Shown here one piece after another: positions 11,751 to 26,395 of a DNA stretch of 64,000 nucleotides. The first letter of the stretch is position 1; each line of letters begins with the position of its first letter. The notes under the pieces were generated by a model. That model ran no database searches and was not told the origin of the DNA. It worked only from the letters and a program-made list of their open reading frames with translations. The stretch spans positions 49,662,001-49,726,000 of the forward strand of contig NC_043009.1 in the NCBI RefSeq assembly GCF_006345805.1, written 5' to 3'. Source of the stretch: Octopus sinensis (lineage: Eukaryota). Made by a program: the position numbers and the translations under genes.

Positions 11751-14310
11751 TCGGAAATTTAATTAATAAACCATCATGTGGTTTTTACTTTATAGCTGAT
11801 AACATTCAGGTATTGCATCTAATACTAATTTTCGTTTGGTCGTTGACATGTCAACGAAGAGTAGATTCAGAGTGCTTTGCAAGTTTCAAGTCGCTATCGC
11901 TAATTTCCTATTTATTGATTTCTGATCGATAGAAGAAGTACGGCCGAGCGTAGCTTTACAATCAGCGTTAATTAGCTTGTATACTTAAACTAGGACAAAA
12001 ACCACCTGACTAACTCGTAGAAATTCAAGCAATACCGAAAGCTGGCGAATTAAACGAATAAGCGGTGTAATTTCCGGCAGATTCTCAAGTAGTGGAATAT
12101 CTTCTCCACCACCATCATCTTTTCCCCCACCCCTACTTTACACTGTCGGTGCTAAACTGCTATAGAATATAGGAAACAATCTTGTCGGAGACCGGAACTT
12201 AAACAGCGAAGGCCTAGGTTTTTAAAAGGCGACAGAAACACACAGTGAATGTGTTTAAACAAGTGTACCACGTACGCGGTGGAAAGCCTTTGAGCTGGAA
12301 TTTTGGGAGCTCTCAAGTTGCGAGAAAGAAGAGGGGTTCAGACAATGCGACTCGAACAGAAATTGCTAATATCATTAACAGAATGACGGTGGTGATGGGG
12401 GGGGGGGGTGGAACGTGTACAATAAAGCAGGGACGCCTTCTGTAAAGAAACCCAACAGTTAAGTGTCTGCTAAAACATCCATGGCAGTGAGCTAAGCAAT
12501 TTTGATTATAATTACAACCAGATAGGAGTGATAAATCATGAAGGCAGAGAACACACCTGAAATTGAAATTAAACAAAAACTAAATTGAGAAATGTTGAGA
12601 AGTGATTCTGATCTGTGGTGAGTAAGATGGCAACTCTAGACGATATGTTTCGGTCTTAAGTAGTCTTATCAGTACTTACCACACACACACACTTTAATCA
12701 TCCTAACAATGTGATAATAAGATCACTGTCTCAAATTTCTGTATACGTCTTAAATGAGAACATCAGTAGTGGACGACAGTTCGATTATCAATGACAACTT
12801 TCTATGAAAACAAACAAAAAGGAGTCTAGAGAGAAAAAAAGGGGGTAAGAATGTAGCATATCAACCATTTAGCATGACATATCTTCTTTACAAATCTAAA
12901 TGTTAACTACCAAACATCTAAGGACGATGGGAGATAAATATAGTTTGATTTTGTTTAGTTTTGTTTTGTATTCACATCTTGGAAGTTAAGCATTATTAGA
13001 TGAGTATGAGAACAATGTCAGCTCTTATTTTGGCATATAATGTCAAAGCAATTAGGCTTCATTTTTTAAAGAGGAGGCATCCGACTGTCTGAGAAGCATT
13101 CCATCTCCCATCTTAACCCCTCCAGAAAAAAAAAATTTAATGCTGAGATTTCAAGATTTCCACAGATTCCCAGTTTTCGGTCAGTAACCATTTATTTACA
13201 ATTTGGATTCTTCTGTCAGTCAAAACAAAAGTTACTTGGTCTGTTCAGTACCATCGTTCCTAAGCTATATTTGTTTGTTTGTTTGTTTCATGTTGTTGTA
13301 GTTGTTGTTGTTTTCCCCTCTCCTTTTACTAAATTCCCATATTCCAACAGGAATTCCCCTTCCCCTCTCTCCGCGACGCATAAGATATGTCCCTATCTCT
13401 CGACACACAGCAAGAATCCCTAGACATGGCTTAAGGTTCTGATAAAATATGTAGAAAGTCGAAATACAAACAATATTTGAAGATAGCGAAATGAGGGTGA
13501 GAAGAAGAGAATGGGAAAACGAAAGACCCAATTGACTACAAGTCCTAATTTTCTTTTTATTTTATCACAAGATACAGACTAAATAGAGCATGCGTCAACT
13601 GTGTAATTGAGTCAAATGAAAGACCAGACAATACCGAAAAGCTTTCTTGTTCAGAACATATACAACTCCTGTCTGTGTCTCCCACTGAAACTTATTTATC
13701 TCAGTATAATGAGAGAGAGAGGTGGAGGGGAAGGAGAGAGAGAGAGAGACAAGTGGAAAGAGAGAGAGGGGGAGAAGGATAGAGAGACAAGTGGAAAGAC
13801 AGAGAGAGGATCTTTCTACACTGACAGTATTTAGAAATGTTCAGATAGTGAAAAATGAAACACAGTTTTCAATTGGAGGTCGAATGGAGACAACAAAAAT
13901 AATAATAATAATAATAATAACAACAACAACAACGACGACGACAAACAAATAATAGGAAAATGAAACAAAATCGAAAACAAATACTAAACAAAAAGTTAAT
14001 TTTTTTTTTTTTTTAGAAATGACAAAAAAAAAACCAACCAAAAACCAAAAAAAAAACAGAACATTGAATATTAAAATATTGACTGAAGCACCAAACAAAT
14101 TAATGATCAAACATAAATGTTGTGAGTGAGAGAGAGAGAGATAGTGTGTGTGCGAGTGTTAGTGAATGCTAGCGGAACGAAAGAGGAAAAGGTATTATTA
14201 CTGTCATCACCATCATTATGATTATGGCTGTTGTGTTGTTGTTGTTGTTATCATTTAAATAACTACAATTACAATCCCTATCAACAGGATCAACACTAAT
14301 ATCACTAGCA

Positions 14311-14342
<32 letters not shown>

Positions 14343-14351
14343 GTAGAGCCA

Positions 14352-14393
<42 letters not shown>

Positions 14394-15591
14394 AGTCATT
14401 CAATGATTTGCAAAGCGTGAATTTATGATCTTAAAACCGTTACGCTACTTTCCTTACCAGCTGGAGAGAAAGGACTCTCACGAAGAAGAGGAAGGGGTGG
14501 AGAAAGTGAAGGAAGAGGGCAGAACCATCATCATCATCATCACTACCACGATTTTTACTACTACTACAAATACCGCAAATACTAGTAATACTTAAAGATA
14601 ACATTAAACAAAAAAAAAACCAACAACAACATGAGAAGCGCGTAGAAACTAAGAAACAAACGCGAAAGAAAAAGCAACGAAAGATGTCTAAAAACATACA
14701 TGTTTAACAAGAAAAATCAAAGCAAACATCGGTTGCTTGCTTGCTGCTAACAGTGGTAGCACTAGAGAGCTGAAGTGAACGTATTAAATGCAGTCGTTTA
14801 TTTATTATCAGTTGACTTGCAGTTAGGGTTGCAACTCATGTACGAGTGAGAGGAGGGCGATAGTGCTGCTGCCGCTGATGCTGACGGGGGAAGATGTTGG
14901 TATTGCTCCCTCTGTCGCCCTCTCTCTCTTCTCTCTCTCTCTCTCAGTAGCTTTTCTACATCTGTTGGATGGAACAATTAAATCAACAACTGCAATAAAT
15001 TTGTTTCTACTAAGCGTACTACATGCTGTTCGCATCAGGACTACAAAACTCAAATAGTAGCCAGGGGCCAAGGAGTTAAATACATTATTGACATTAATTA
15101 ACTACTGTGTATGTGCGTGCATGTGCTTGCGTATGTTGTTGTGCTAATGTGTGCACGAGACCTTCCTAAACACACACACACACCACACACACACACACAC
15201 ATACACACACACATACATACATACATACCAATAAGTGTGTGAGTTGAGAACTTGCACAAAAATCTAAACGAATGTGTGTGAGTTTGTGTGCGATGTAGGA
15301 ATTTGTACAATTATCTTTGAACAGTTTTCTACCAAAGCGCTTTATGTTATTATATAAATGGTCTTTCTAAAATAAAACATAATAAATAAAGAGATGGGTG
15401 GATGCTAAAAACCTGCGGAATTTAAAAAGGCTCTTTGAAACGTATTCTCGTACTGATTCTCAGAACCAAGATGGCGTCAGCTGCGTATTTGTACGAAGTT
15501 AAGTGACAGAGAAGTAGTTAGAGTGTGAGAGAAAGAGAGATGAAGTATTGAGTGGAAATTGCTGGAGATATGTGCAAAATGATACCATATG

Positions 15592-15640
<49 letters not shown>

Positions 15641-16972
15641 ACTGTCACAATTTCTTTTTCTTTGCAATAGATTTGTACAGGTAAATTGTCTGATTTCTAA
15701 ATTACATGGTAGAATATACAAAAATGTGAGTAGTTGAAAAGAACCAAGATAGAATAAAACAAACAAAATAATAGAGAGCTAGAGATGTGTGTGTATTTAT
15801 CGAGAGAGGGAAAGAGCATAAATTGAGAAGAAATGACGGAGAATTTGACAGAGAGTGAGAGAGAGAGAAAGAGAGAGCTAACCTATGAAAGCGATAGAGA
15901 AATATAGATAAATAAGAAATCTTAAAGATAAGGGAAGGATATATATATATATATATGTGTGTGTGTGAAATGAGATTAAGAGAGAGAGAGAGAGAGCGAG
16001 CGAGATCATGGTTTTTTACTCCAGATAAAACGTGACATATATGGCAGCAGATGAAGATGGCGCTGTAATGAAAACGAAACTAAATTTACATTAGTTGTTA
16101 TTATTTCTGTTTTACTTCAATTCACTTTTTACATTATTTTTGTAATGAACCTATTGGATTTTGTATCGGTATTTTGAGAGAGAGAGAGGAGGGGGGAGAT
16201 GGAGGTGCAATGTTTCTAGAGAAGCAACGGTTGCAAGATGGAGTAGAAAACTGCGTAGGATTCTGATCAGGAATTGGGTTTATATAGCGATCGGTGCAGC
16301 TGGGAAAAATACGTGTCATTACATATAAAGTAGAAACCACACAGAGAACAACATGAACTGTTATAGATAATAGGCTGGTGTGTAAGGCATGAAGGCGAAG
16401 AGATGAATGAGAAAATGGTTGGGAATGGATACAACGAACAACAACAACAACAACAACAGCAACAACAACAAGGAATAACGAGAGCACTAGAGGCAGTTCA
16501 AAGATGTGCTTTTTTTTTTGGCTCTGTTTTATTGTTGTTTTTGTTTTCCTGACTTTATTTGCTTGATTTTACAGATATGATAACCTCGAACCAGGTTAAT
16601 GAGATATCAACATTAAACCAAAGTCAACACCTGTTCAAAGATGGAAACATTGCCATTTAATTTATTAATTTATTTATTTTAATGTCAAATATATTCTTTA
16701 ATGTTTCTTTACATCTATCATTTTTGTGTACGCGTAAATACTACATACAGCAAAGCTGTAACTGATACACGGTTTCGATATTCTCAGCTGCTAGATATTT
16801 TTGTTTATGTAATCAATATTACAAAAAGTCATTAAAATATGCATGACTATCACACAATCCCGCTCTCGATGCCAAAGCAAATTTCATAATGTTCTCTTTT
16901 TTCTATCATTATTGTTAACAGGTTTTGATACTTGTTTTAGCTTTCGTAAAGGCCTACAGATTAAGTGTGTGA

Positions 16973-16974
<2 letters not shown>

Positions 16975-17008
<34 letters not shown>

Positions 17009-17030
17009 AATGTGAGCGTATACATGAACA

Positions 17031-17076
<46 letters not shown>

Positions 17077-17330
17077 CGTCAGCATGTGTGTGTATGTGTA
17101 TATATATATATACATACATACATATATACATACATACAAACGCACACACATACAGACATACACACACACACACATACACACACATACATACATACACACA
17201 CACACACATATATACATACACATATATACATACATACATACACACATATATATATATATGCATGCTCACATTTCTATATATATATATATTATATTTCATA
17301 TATATATTATATATATATATATATCCTCTA
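16975..17330. repeat. Compound (CA)/(TA)/(CATA) microsatellite
   Basis: Seen directly. Confidence 0.95.
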
Positions 17331-17821
17331 ATATACATGTATGTGAACGTGTGCTTGGGAGACAAAAAGGCAGATAAAAATAAAAGAAACTCTCTTTAAT
17401 TCTCTCATCTCTGCTCAGCTCTTCCATTCCCCTTCAAACATCCATCTACTTTTTTTGCTTTGTATGCAGCTATTTACTCTGTATGGTTAGGTGTTTGCAC
17501 CAAGGAGTTTGTTTTATGACATGCCAACCAAAATATGAGAGTTTTAACTTTCGGTTCGCTCTCTCCGATCAAATAACGTGACAAGAAATAAAATGAAGAA
17601 ATGAACAAGAAAACAACAATAGTAGTAGTAGTAAAAAAATGAAAAAAAAAAAACAAAAACAAAAAAGGCTTGAGGTGGGGATGAAGAAGAAAAAAATAAT
17701 AATAATAAAAAAAAAACAGAAATGATTTTTATTTATTGCTCTTTCTACCTCATACCCCCCCACCACCTCTCTCACAACATCTAGCAACTCCCAGAAATAT
17801 TTTGCTCGGCTAATTCCTTAC

Positions 17822-17898
17822 CAAGACAATCTCGGGTTCGTTAAGCAAAAAACCTTTAGCGAAGAGGAATTCTAACTTAGTGGCACGGAAGATTTCTT
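17822..17898 (-). other. Candidate 77-nt exon (one open frame EIFRATKLEFLFAKGFLLNEPEIVL)
   Basis: Minus strand: CTAATGGGTTTCTTTAG|AAG acceptor with branch-like CTAAT and CTTG|GTAAGG donor. Splice signals only. Confidence 0.2.
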
Positions 17899-19010
17899 CT
17901 AAAGAAACCCATTAGCAGGGTATGAAGTAAGAAAGCTTACTGAACTAAAAAGTTTTTACACCACACACACACACACACACACAACATGCCCCATCTCCCC
18001 CAATACACACACACACAATATATATATGTATAGTATGTGTGTGAGGAGAGAAGAGTGCGCGTGCGCAAACGCGAGTACATGTGTGTAAAAAGTAAATGAA
18101 CGCTTGGAAATAAAAAAGATAAAAAGTAAATGTAGAAAAAAAACTAATAACGATATATGTAAGAGATGTCATGTCATCCATCCATCCATCCATCCAAGTT
18201 GTTTGTAATGAAAGATGGTCAACGCTGATTTCCAGCGGTCCGAAACCCGATTCTGGGGTGGCTATGTAGTTCTAGTTCAAGAGAAGACATAAAAGCTGCA
18301 GCAATAATAATAATAATAATAATAATATAACAGTATAAAAACAAAAAAAAATATCATGAAAGTTATTTATTAGAAGAAATAAGACAAAGTGTATGATGTG
18401 TGGTGCGTGTGTATGATGTGTGTGTGTAGTATCCAATAGAGAAAGATGGGGGAAATTACGTTAATAACGGTGGCGAGTCAGTTCTGTCTTGCATTTTGTT
18501 TGTTTGTTATCTCTCTTGTTTGTTTGTTTGTTTTAGCTTTTAGTTTGATGATAACAAGTGAATATATAAGAAAAATAAAGGGGGGCAAAAAAAAAAAGAA
18601 GTTTTCTTGTCACATCTGAATTGCTTTTACAACGCGAACTAGTTTTGACTTCGGAATCTACATATCTCTCTCTTCCATCACTCTGAACTACATACAACCC
18701 CACCACTCGTCGTTTTGGGTAATTCCACACCAATGATGATGATGGTGATGGTGCGTCCATCGTAATAACTGACTGGTTCCGATATTAAATACAAAGTCAC
18801 CTCTAAACCACACCATACCCAGAAAAACAGCCAAACACATTGTACATACAAATATAACAAACCCCAGTAGTTAGTATTCAAGGAATGGTTATAAGTCTGA
18901 ACACAATTTTCTTGAATGTTAAACGGAACAAACAATCTTTTAGACCGTAATTAAACGGTTAAAGGTTTATTGTTTGATTGTCTTCGGAAAATTAATTCGT
19001 GACTAATATT

Positions 19011-19393
19011 ACTCTTTACTCTTTTACTTGTTTCAGTCATTTGACTGCGGCCATGCTGGAGCACCGCTTTTAATCGAGCAACTCGACCCCGGGACTTATT
19101 CTTTTGTAAGCCCAGTACTTATTCTATCGGTCTCTTTTGCCGAACCGCTAAGTAACGGGAACATAAACACACCAGCATCGGTTGTCAAGCAATGCTAGGG
19201 GGACAAACGCAGACACACAAACACACACACGCATATATATATATATACATATATACGACGGGCTTCTTTCAGTTTCCATCTACCAAATCCACTCACAAGG
19301 CTTTGGTCGGCCTGAGACCAAAGGCGCCACGCAGTGGGACTGAATCCGGAACCATGTGGTTGGGAAGCAAGCTTTTTTTACCTCACATCCACT
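19011..19393 (-). mobile_element. SINE family A with an internal deletion of about 20 nt
   Basis: Matches family A; the TATAGTAGAAGACACTTGCCC segment is missing near 19318. Confidence 0.9.
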
Positions 19394-19729
19394 AATTAAT
19401 TAAGATTCCGTGACTGTTCAATATTTAGTTTATCTCAGACTACATTACCTAATATGGCCTTCCTTTTTGGGGTCGCGAGTTATTTTGCTGCTATTGACTA
19501 CGAACAAATAGTGAGCTGTAAATATCAGTTGGTGAGGCGTTAACGATGCATTTAAGTTTTTGGTTTTCTTTTATTTTTTTAATAGTTTAGTTCGATGAGG
19601 TGAGTATGTTCTCCAACTTCTACATAACCTTTGTATGACCACTCAAACTGATAAAATCACGTTGACGTTCAAGTGGAATAACTATACTTTATTTACAAGA
19701 AAAACAGGGTGGAAACAAACAAATGGAAG

Positions 19730-19905
19730 AATCTCTGCACGGTCGCTTGACTGGCTACGAACAGTAAGCTAAACCTCGCTCGAATCACAACCCAAGGAAT
19801 TAAAGAAAACAAAGATGTATTGGAAACGTGTGGGATAGACTTACGAAATAACGGGATGATCACAGCAGCTTAAGTACCTTTCATTAAAGGCCTTCTTGGT
19901 CAATG
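19730..19905 (+). mobile_element. Old SINE family D copy
   Basis: GGTCGCTTGACTGGCTA...AAACCTCGCTCGAATCACAACCC resembles AAATCTCCCTCAAATCAC copies at ~46120 and ~52480. Confidence 0.5.
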
Positions 19906-20337
19906 ATACATTATTACATAATGGTTCATTTCAAGAAGTTACTCTACATTGTTAATATTTCGTGTAACTTCCTTTTGCTTGAATAATTTCTTCAATGCAC
20001 ATGGGAAGAGATGCGTAAAAAATCCTTCACCATCTTCATAGGTATGAGATGCCATTCTCTGTGGTTGAGCCTCTACACCTCTTCGGGATTGTGAAAGTCG
20101 ATTTAAGGGATTTTACACCTTTTTAATATATGAGCTTACACCCCAATATATTAAAGACGGTGAACCGAAGAATTGGTAGAGCGACAGACAAAATGTTCAC
20201 ATACAACCAAGAACGATAATTCGCTCCTTTCCTTTTTCTACTGACGATACCATAAATACCAGTCATGTCATTACAACTGCTCCCACTCAGAAAATACGAA
20301 GACTCCGTGCTTTATGTTAGAAATCATTTAAAATTAT

Positions 20338-20570
20338 TAAGGCGATGGTCGAAGGAAAGTATCGTTACATATAACATTATAGTGTTTATTACTGTCCTCT
20401 TTTGAACGCTGGGTTCAAATTACGCCTTGGTTGATTCTGCATAAGAAAACGGAGTTGGATAGAAGCACTGAATAAATACCAGCGAAGTACAGTCAATTCA
20501 ATCGACTTCATCTCTCACCTAGTAATTTTGTTGCCTTGAGCCAATGTAAGAAATCATAATTACTAACAGT
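20338..20570 (+). mobile_element. Old SINE family C copy
   Basis: GGGTTCAAATTACGCC B-box region and GCCTTGAGCCAATG tail resemble family C. Confidence 0.5.
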
Positions 20571-21179
20571 GGCATCTGCACAGAAATAAATAAGTGTATG
20601 ATATATATATATATACACACACGCATACGATATGATATGATCAAACGGTAGAATTTAAAAGCATTTCTACAGTCTACATACAACGGCAGCTTCTAAAGCT
20701 CTCTCTTTCTCTATGGGAAGAAGATCTGAGGTTTCTTAATGTCGACGTTCATATCTTTCGATGTATTGTCGACACACGAGTGTTTTCACGGATCAGCAGA
20801 TTAATTTGAAAATGATGAGGCCAACATGAAGTAAAGCAGCCAATCTTTCCGTTCAGTTGGACAGAAAGTGATATTATAGCGTCGGTAGGTAGGAAAAATA
20901 CACTGCTGTTGAAATCTAGTCGAAATTTTGGTCCAAACGAATGAATAGAATAGAATAACAGCACCAACTTGGATGGAGAATTACATATAAACGAATGATA
21001 CAAGATGTGAAGTGAGAAGCGAATGAATAGGAACTAGAAAAAGTGAGATTATAAAAGATGAGCATTCTTTGTAAAGTATCGTATGAAATTATAACTACGA
21101 TGATGACCACTAACTAAAATATCCCCTGGTATTTAGTCTGGTTCTCAATTACCTCTGAAAAGCTCTGGTTTATACTTAC

Positions 21180-22060
21180 AAATAATAATGGTTTATTTCG
21201 AAATAGAGCCACGTTTGTGTGTGTGTGTGCCAGTTTGAGGAGGCGGGTCGATTAAACTGAGTACGGTACTTGACTGATAGTTATTTGATAGATTTCAGAA
21301 TGAAGGATGAACTTATTTACGATGGGACTTGAACTCAAAGTAAAAGAGACATAACTATTATATTGATTTCAAATTTTAGCACAAGGCCAATAATTTCGTA
21401 GGGAGGAGTAAATCATTACATCGGGTACATGTTTTATCGACCTCGAAAGGATGAAAGAACAAAATCAATCTCGGCGATATTTGAAATCAGAATGTAAAGA
21501 CGGACGAAATGCCACAACGCATTTTACTCGTCTTATTAACGATTCTGCCAGCTCGCCACCTTAGACGTAGCTATTACATTTCAAATCTGTTATTCTACAC
21601 TTGATTTTTCTTTTTTCCTAAATAGTGTCAGTAATTTAATTCGTCGCAATACTTTTCCTGTCAAGTCACAATGATAATTTCTAACATAGGCACAAGGCCA
21701 GAAATTTAGTGAGAGAGAAAGAGTCAACTTCTAGTACTGGGATATACCAGGGATGATACATAGCGAAAGGATGAAAGTTAAAGTTGACCACGACACGGGA
21801 TTTGAACTTAGATTGTCAAGTGACGCAAGGCATTTTTGTCGGTTGCTCTACCAAATCTGCCAGCCTACGGCTTATGGCATAAGCACATTTCCATAAAACA
21901 TGCACTAGAGTATCATACTAAGTTAAACGAGTCCAATACTAAATTGATACATTGAGGACCTAGAAGGATGAAAGGCAAAACCATACTCAGCGAGACTTGA
22001 ATTGAGAACTAAATATCCCATGCTATCTTTTGTCCGACGCACTATTGATTCTGCATTTGA
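21180..22060 (-). mobile_element. Head-to-tail array of about four diverged family C SINEs (B-like head, GGCCTTGTGCC tail)
   Basis: Repeated GCACAAGGCC, AGGATGAAAG, TTTGAACT and CTGCCAGC modules at ~21240, 21361-21560, 21672-21866 and ~21925-22060. Confidence 0.75.
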
Positions 22061-22228
22061 ACATAACGAACAAATAGTTATTGTAGTGAGTACCGTAGAG
22101 CAAGAGGTAGTCAAAACCGCCAAGGCTAGTTTGATTGCCGTTTGAAGCCATTCTTCGTCATTTGCACAGAAAAAATATGTACTTTACTTCCTCCCCCTCC
22201 TCTCTCTCTCTCTATGCGTATATTCTTG

Positions 22229-22415
22229 TATTCTTTTATTCGTTTCAGTCATCAGACTGCGGCCATGCTGGGGCACTGCCTTGAAGAATGTTTTTGCTAA
22301 GTCTGGTTCTTATTCTATCGCTCTCTTTTGCCGAACCGCTAAGTTATGGAGACATAAACACACCAACACCGATTGTCAAGCAGTGGTGGGGGACGAACAC
22401 AGACACAAAGACACA

Positions 22416-22465
<50 letters not shown>

Positions 22466-22574
22466 ACGAGTGTCTTTCGGTTTCCGTCTACCAAATCCAC
22501 TCACAGGGCTGTGGTTGGCCTGAGGCTACAGTAGAATACATTTGGCCAAGGTGCCTCGCAGTGGGACTGAACCC
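22229..22574 (-). mobile_element. SINE family A, 5' truncated, expanded internal (TA)n
   Basis: Matches family A tail and core; ends at GTGGGACTGAACCC. Confidence 0.88.
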
Positions 22575-23599
22575 TATTAGTTGGGTACGATAAGTACAGG
22601 GCTTGAAACAATTGGATGGATACAGATCGTTAAAATGAAGAATTTGAGTTTTATGTCTGCGTTAGAAGTAAATGATATAAATTTATGAAAAGCCAAACAG
22701 ATGTGTATTTATGCAAAAATATTAGCAACTGAACACAATCGAAGCATTAGCGGAAAGAGAATCATGAAATATGCAATTAATAATTCGAAAAACCCATTAA
22801 GAGATCAACTCTTTCGGAATTTATTTAAAACACACACACAAAAATAAAGAAAGAAGCTAAACAAACCAACAAACAACTACAATAATAAAAAAACATGAGT
22901 AATAATAGCGGCAGCAAAAGTTAACTTTAAATTCGGTTATTTTGACAACAATAGGAAAATGATTTATCTGTAATTAAATTAAATACATTGTTACTTAACC
23001 TAGGATTGAACGGCGAATATCTATAATTCGTTTATTTAGAAAAATGATAAGGAATTATATTAATCGTTATTCATTATTCTCCTGTCGACGATTCCTGAAG
23101 AAAGTTTTGTCTTATATATTAAAATGAGAGAATACTGAGGATGGAAGAAAAAATTGTAATAATAATAATAATGATTGTTTCAAGTTTTGACACAAGGCCG
23201 GTCATAACAACAACATCAACGTTATTAATTTAGTACTGCTATAAAAGTTCAGCTGAGAGTTGGAGTTAGAAACGAGACTTCAGATTACCGTTAGAGTGAA
23301 TGAAAAAAAAAAGATTTCTTTCTTTAAAAAATAAATTAACATTAACTTTACATGTCTTTATGTTTATACATTTATTTCACAGTTTATAGTTAAATTACAT
23401 TTTATCGTAAATTTCATTTTTTTTTTTTGCTTTTTTTTTTACAGACTACATGGTAACTATTTAAATAATCGAAATATATATTTTAAAAAAAATACTGAAA
23501 AAACAAAATGTCTGAATTTGATTCATAATTTAATTAGAAAAAAGAAAAAAAAGAAACTGCAAATAAATGTCTGCAAAATCTAAAAAAGTATACACACAT

Positions 23600-23651
<52 letters not shown>

Positions 23652-25889
23652 CGAGACAGAGAAGGAAGGAGAGAAGGGGAAAGAGAGAAAACAGATACTG
23701 AAAATTGCTGAGTTATTGCTTTTGAAAACAGGTTTATATTGAAATATTTTAATTGACAAGTTCAAGAGAATAAATTCATATCAGAATATTAAGAACGACA
23801 AGATTAAATAAAAGCGTCGGGAGAGGAGGAGAAGAGACTCGACAAATAGTCCAGCACCGATTTTCATGATGAATATTATTGAAAGCATAAAATATAGAAT
23901 CTCTCTCTCTCTCGTAAAAATATATATATATAGATATATAGCCAAGTCACGTGTCACCTCTTTCTTTTTCGCTAGCTAATTTTGTCACACTAACGAGGCA
24001 CTGTAAAAATAGAAAGCTATCAAATGTCAAACAAAGTGTGAGTAACTGTAAAAGAATTAAAATGAAGAATGAGATATTCATTTCATTGGCCTGAGTGGCA
24101 AAATAGAGAGAGAAGTTGAGGAGAGAGAGAGAGAGAGAGAGGGAGGGAGGGAGAGCTGAAGCAATGGAGAGGTAGGCAAGCAAAGGAGAGTCACAAATAA
24201 TCCTATTTCAAATAACCAACCGGATGTAAAAGACAACGAAATCATTAGATTATACAGTTCCAAAGCAAACGGCGAATCCGTTAGTTAACTAACTGATATA
24301 TGTTGCTTGCCTTGAAATATCTGTCTGATGACTACAAGGGTCAAGGACAAATCATAGAATGAATAGTCATTACAAAGAAGGTAATTAAGAAAGCTACTCA
24401 TTAAATATTTTAAAACTAAGATTTGTTTGCGTAATTTATTTCATATTAAAAAAAAAAAACTATATTTAGACAGTTAAAAAAAGGGAACATTTTGGTTGCT
24501 ATGTAGCCTTGAAGGAATTTGCATAATGTCCACTCACACACACACAAAATATCACGGCACTGCTTCGCCTTGTACTTTTAAGAGAAGCGAATATACGGGC
24601 ATGGGTCAAAATCCCGACTGACAGGGTAACAATTTTAAGATATAGAGGGAGGATACATCCCGAAAAATACGGATGTGAATTTTGATGGAGATTCTACCAA
24701 TGTGGGTATTTAGATGCATGGTCCATATTGAGGAAAGCAAATTTATTGTAAACATATGAGGCTTAATGTTAACATGCTTTCATATACTACTAGTATATGA
24801 AAAATCAGTATCTTGATTTAGCTAGACATGCCATTATATCAGACAATGTCAAGTGCGATATGATTTACACACGTAGAAAGTATTCGATGGCTTCAGACTA
24901 GCACTTGATTTCGGCCACTTATAAATAAAATAAATCTTTCTGCAGACCCCAAAACAAGAGACTTTCTTATCCCAAGACCAATATTATTTACTTTTATCTA
25001 ATTTACTTGTCAGCCCTTCAGTAAGTCACATATAAGAAATACTAATATAAGCATTAAAGATAATAAATCAAAGACCATCTGGCCTACGTTATATATTTTC
25101 TGCCCTATCTCTACATAAGGGAATAAAAAACAAATGGTATAATAGGTCAATAAGACAACAGATGAAGTATGCAAAGAGGTTATCGTGTTTTTTTTATTCC
25201 ACGATTGGGGTCAATCTAATTAAATTCGAGCCAACGATGGAGCCTACAAGCAGTCTCTCGACCTAGAAGAAATACTACTTCGATCTTTCTCAGAGCACAC
25301 AATGTCTTAGAAAATGAAGGTGGCGCTGGAAGATGCAAACCCAGATACATTACGCCCGAACAAAGCAAACACGGACTGGAATGCCTTTGATCATAGGTCT
25401 ATTCAATCGAAGCTGACCGTGGGCTCAACAAGAACAGCCTAATTACGCCAGCGATCCTCCCGATGCTGGATCCCTTCCTCTCGATCCAATATTCGAAGTA
25501 TCATTCTTACGCGTTTAGAAAATCAGAACATCGGCGTATTGGTGTGTGCATGCATGCATGCATGCATGTTTGTGCGTGCGTGTGTGCGTGCTTGAGTGTT
25601 TGTGTGTCAATGAAAAGAAAAAAGGAGAACGGCAGAAGGAAACATATGACATCAATGAGATGAGCGACTGTGTGAGAGAAACGGTTCACTATGCAAAAGC
25701 TAAAGGATTCCAAAATGTCTGCAAAGGAAGAACAGAAGCCATTTTGAAAACTATCCCCAAGCTACGGTCGGACGAATCGTTCTATAGCTAATTACAAAAC
25801 CAAAACACTGCCGGTTGTGTAGAATTGCAAGCACAAAGCAGAGTCGGCAACGCTTCAGCACTTCAACACGGCATGGAGTCCACCAACCA

Positions 25890-25901
25890 ATAGATAGATC
25901 C

Positions 25902-25964
<63 letters not shown>

Positions 25965-25980
25965 CGTGCGTGTGTGTGTG
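25890..25980. repeat. (GT)n microsatellite with CG steps
   Basis: Seen directly. Confidence 0.95.
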
Positions 25981-26395
25981 TTGTTAGATATAGGGAGTGA
26001 ACAGGGAATTTGACAGGCAGAGGGGGGTAATTTTGAGTATAGTACCAGAACTGATTACAAGAAGAGAAAGCTAGAGAGCTATGTAACCATTATGTGAAGA
26101 TCTGCAAGATATATTAAAAGTAGGCTGTGCATTTGGTTGTGCGAAATATTTCAGCTACACTCTAGAGGAAGGAACGAAAGAAAGGAAGAGAGACGCAAGA
26201 AGAAAATGAGTGGAAGAAGCTAAAACATTTCTTTCAGTAATGAACATGATTCGGGTTTGCAGCACACACACTTCGAGAATCTCACTAGACAGATAAATTT
26301 TATGAAGTTTTGGGGAGTAAAAACCGAAGACTATGTACTTCTATATTAGTGCGCAGTAAGATTGTGACAATGGCTAATAATTAATAGACGTAATA

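Noticed and set aside
15471-15506. ATG in strong context giving MASAAYLYEVK*
   Set aside because: Eleven codons, weak donor, no downstream exon; better explained as a YY1-type motif.
20510-20580. Minus-strand acceptor/donor pair
   Set aside because: Lies inside an old family C SINE.
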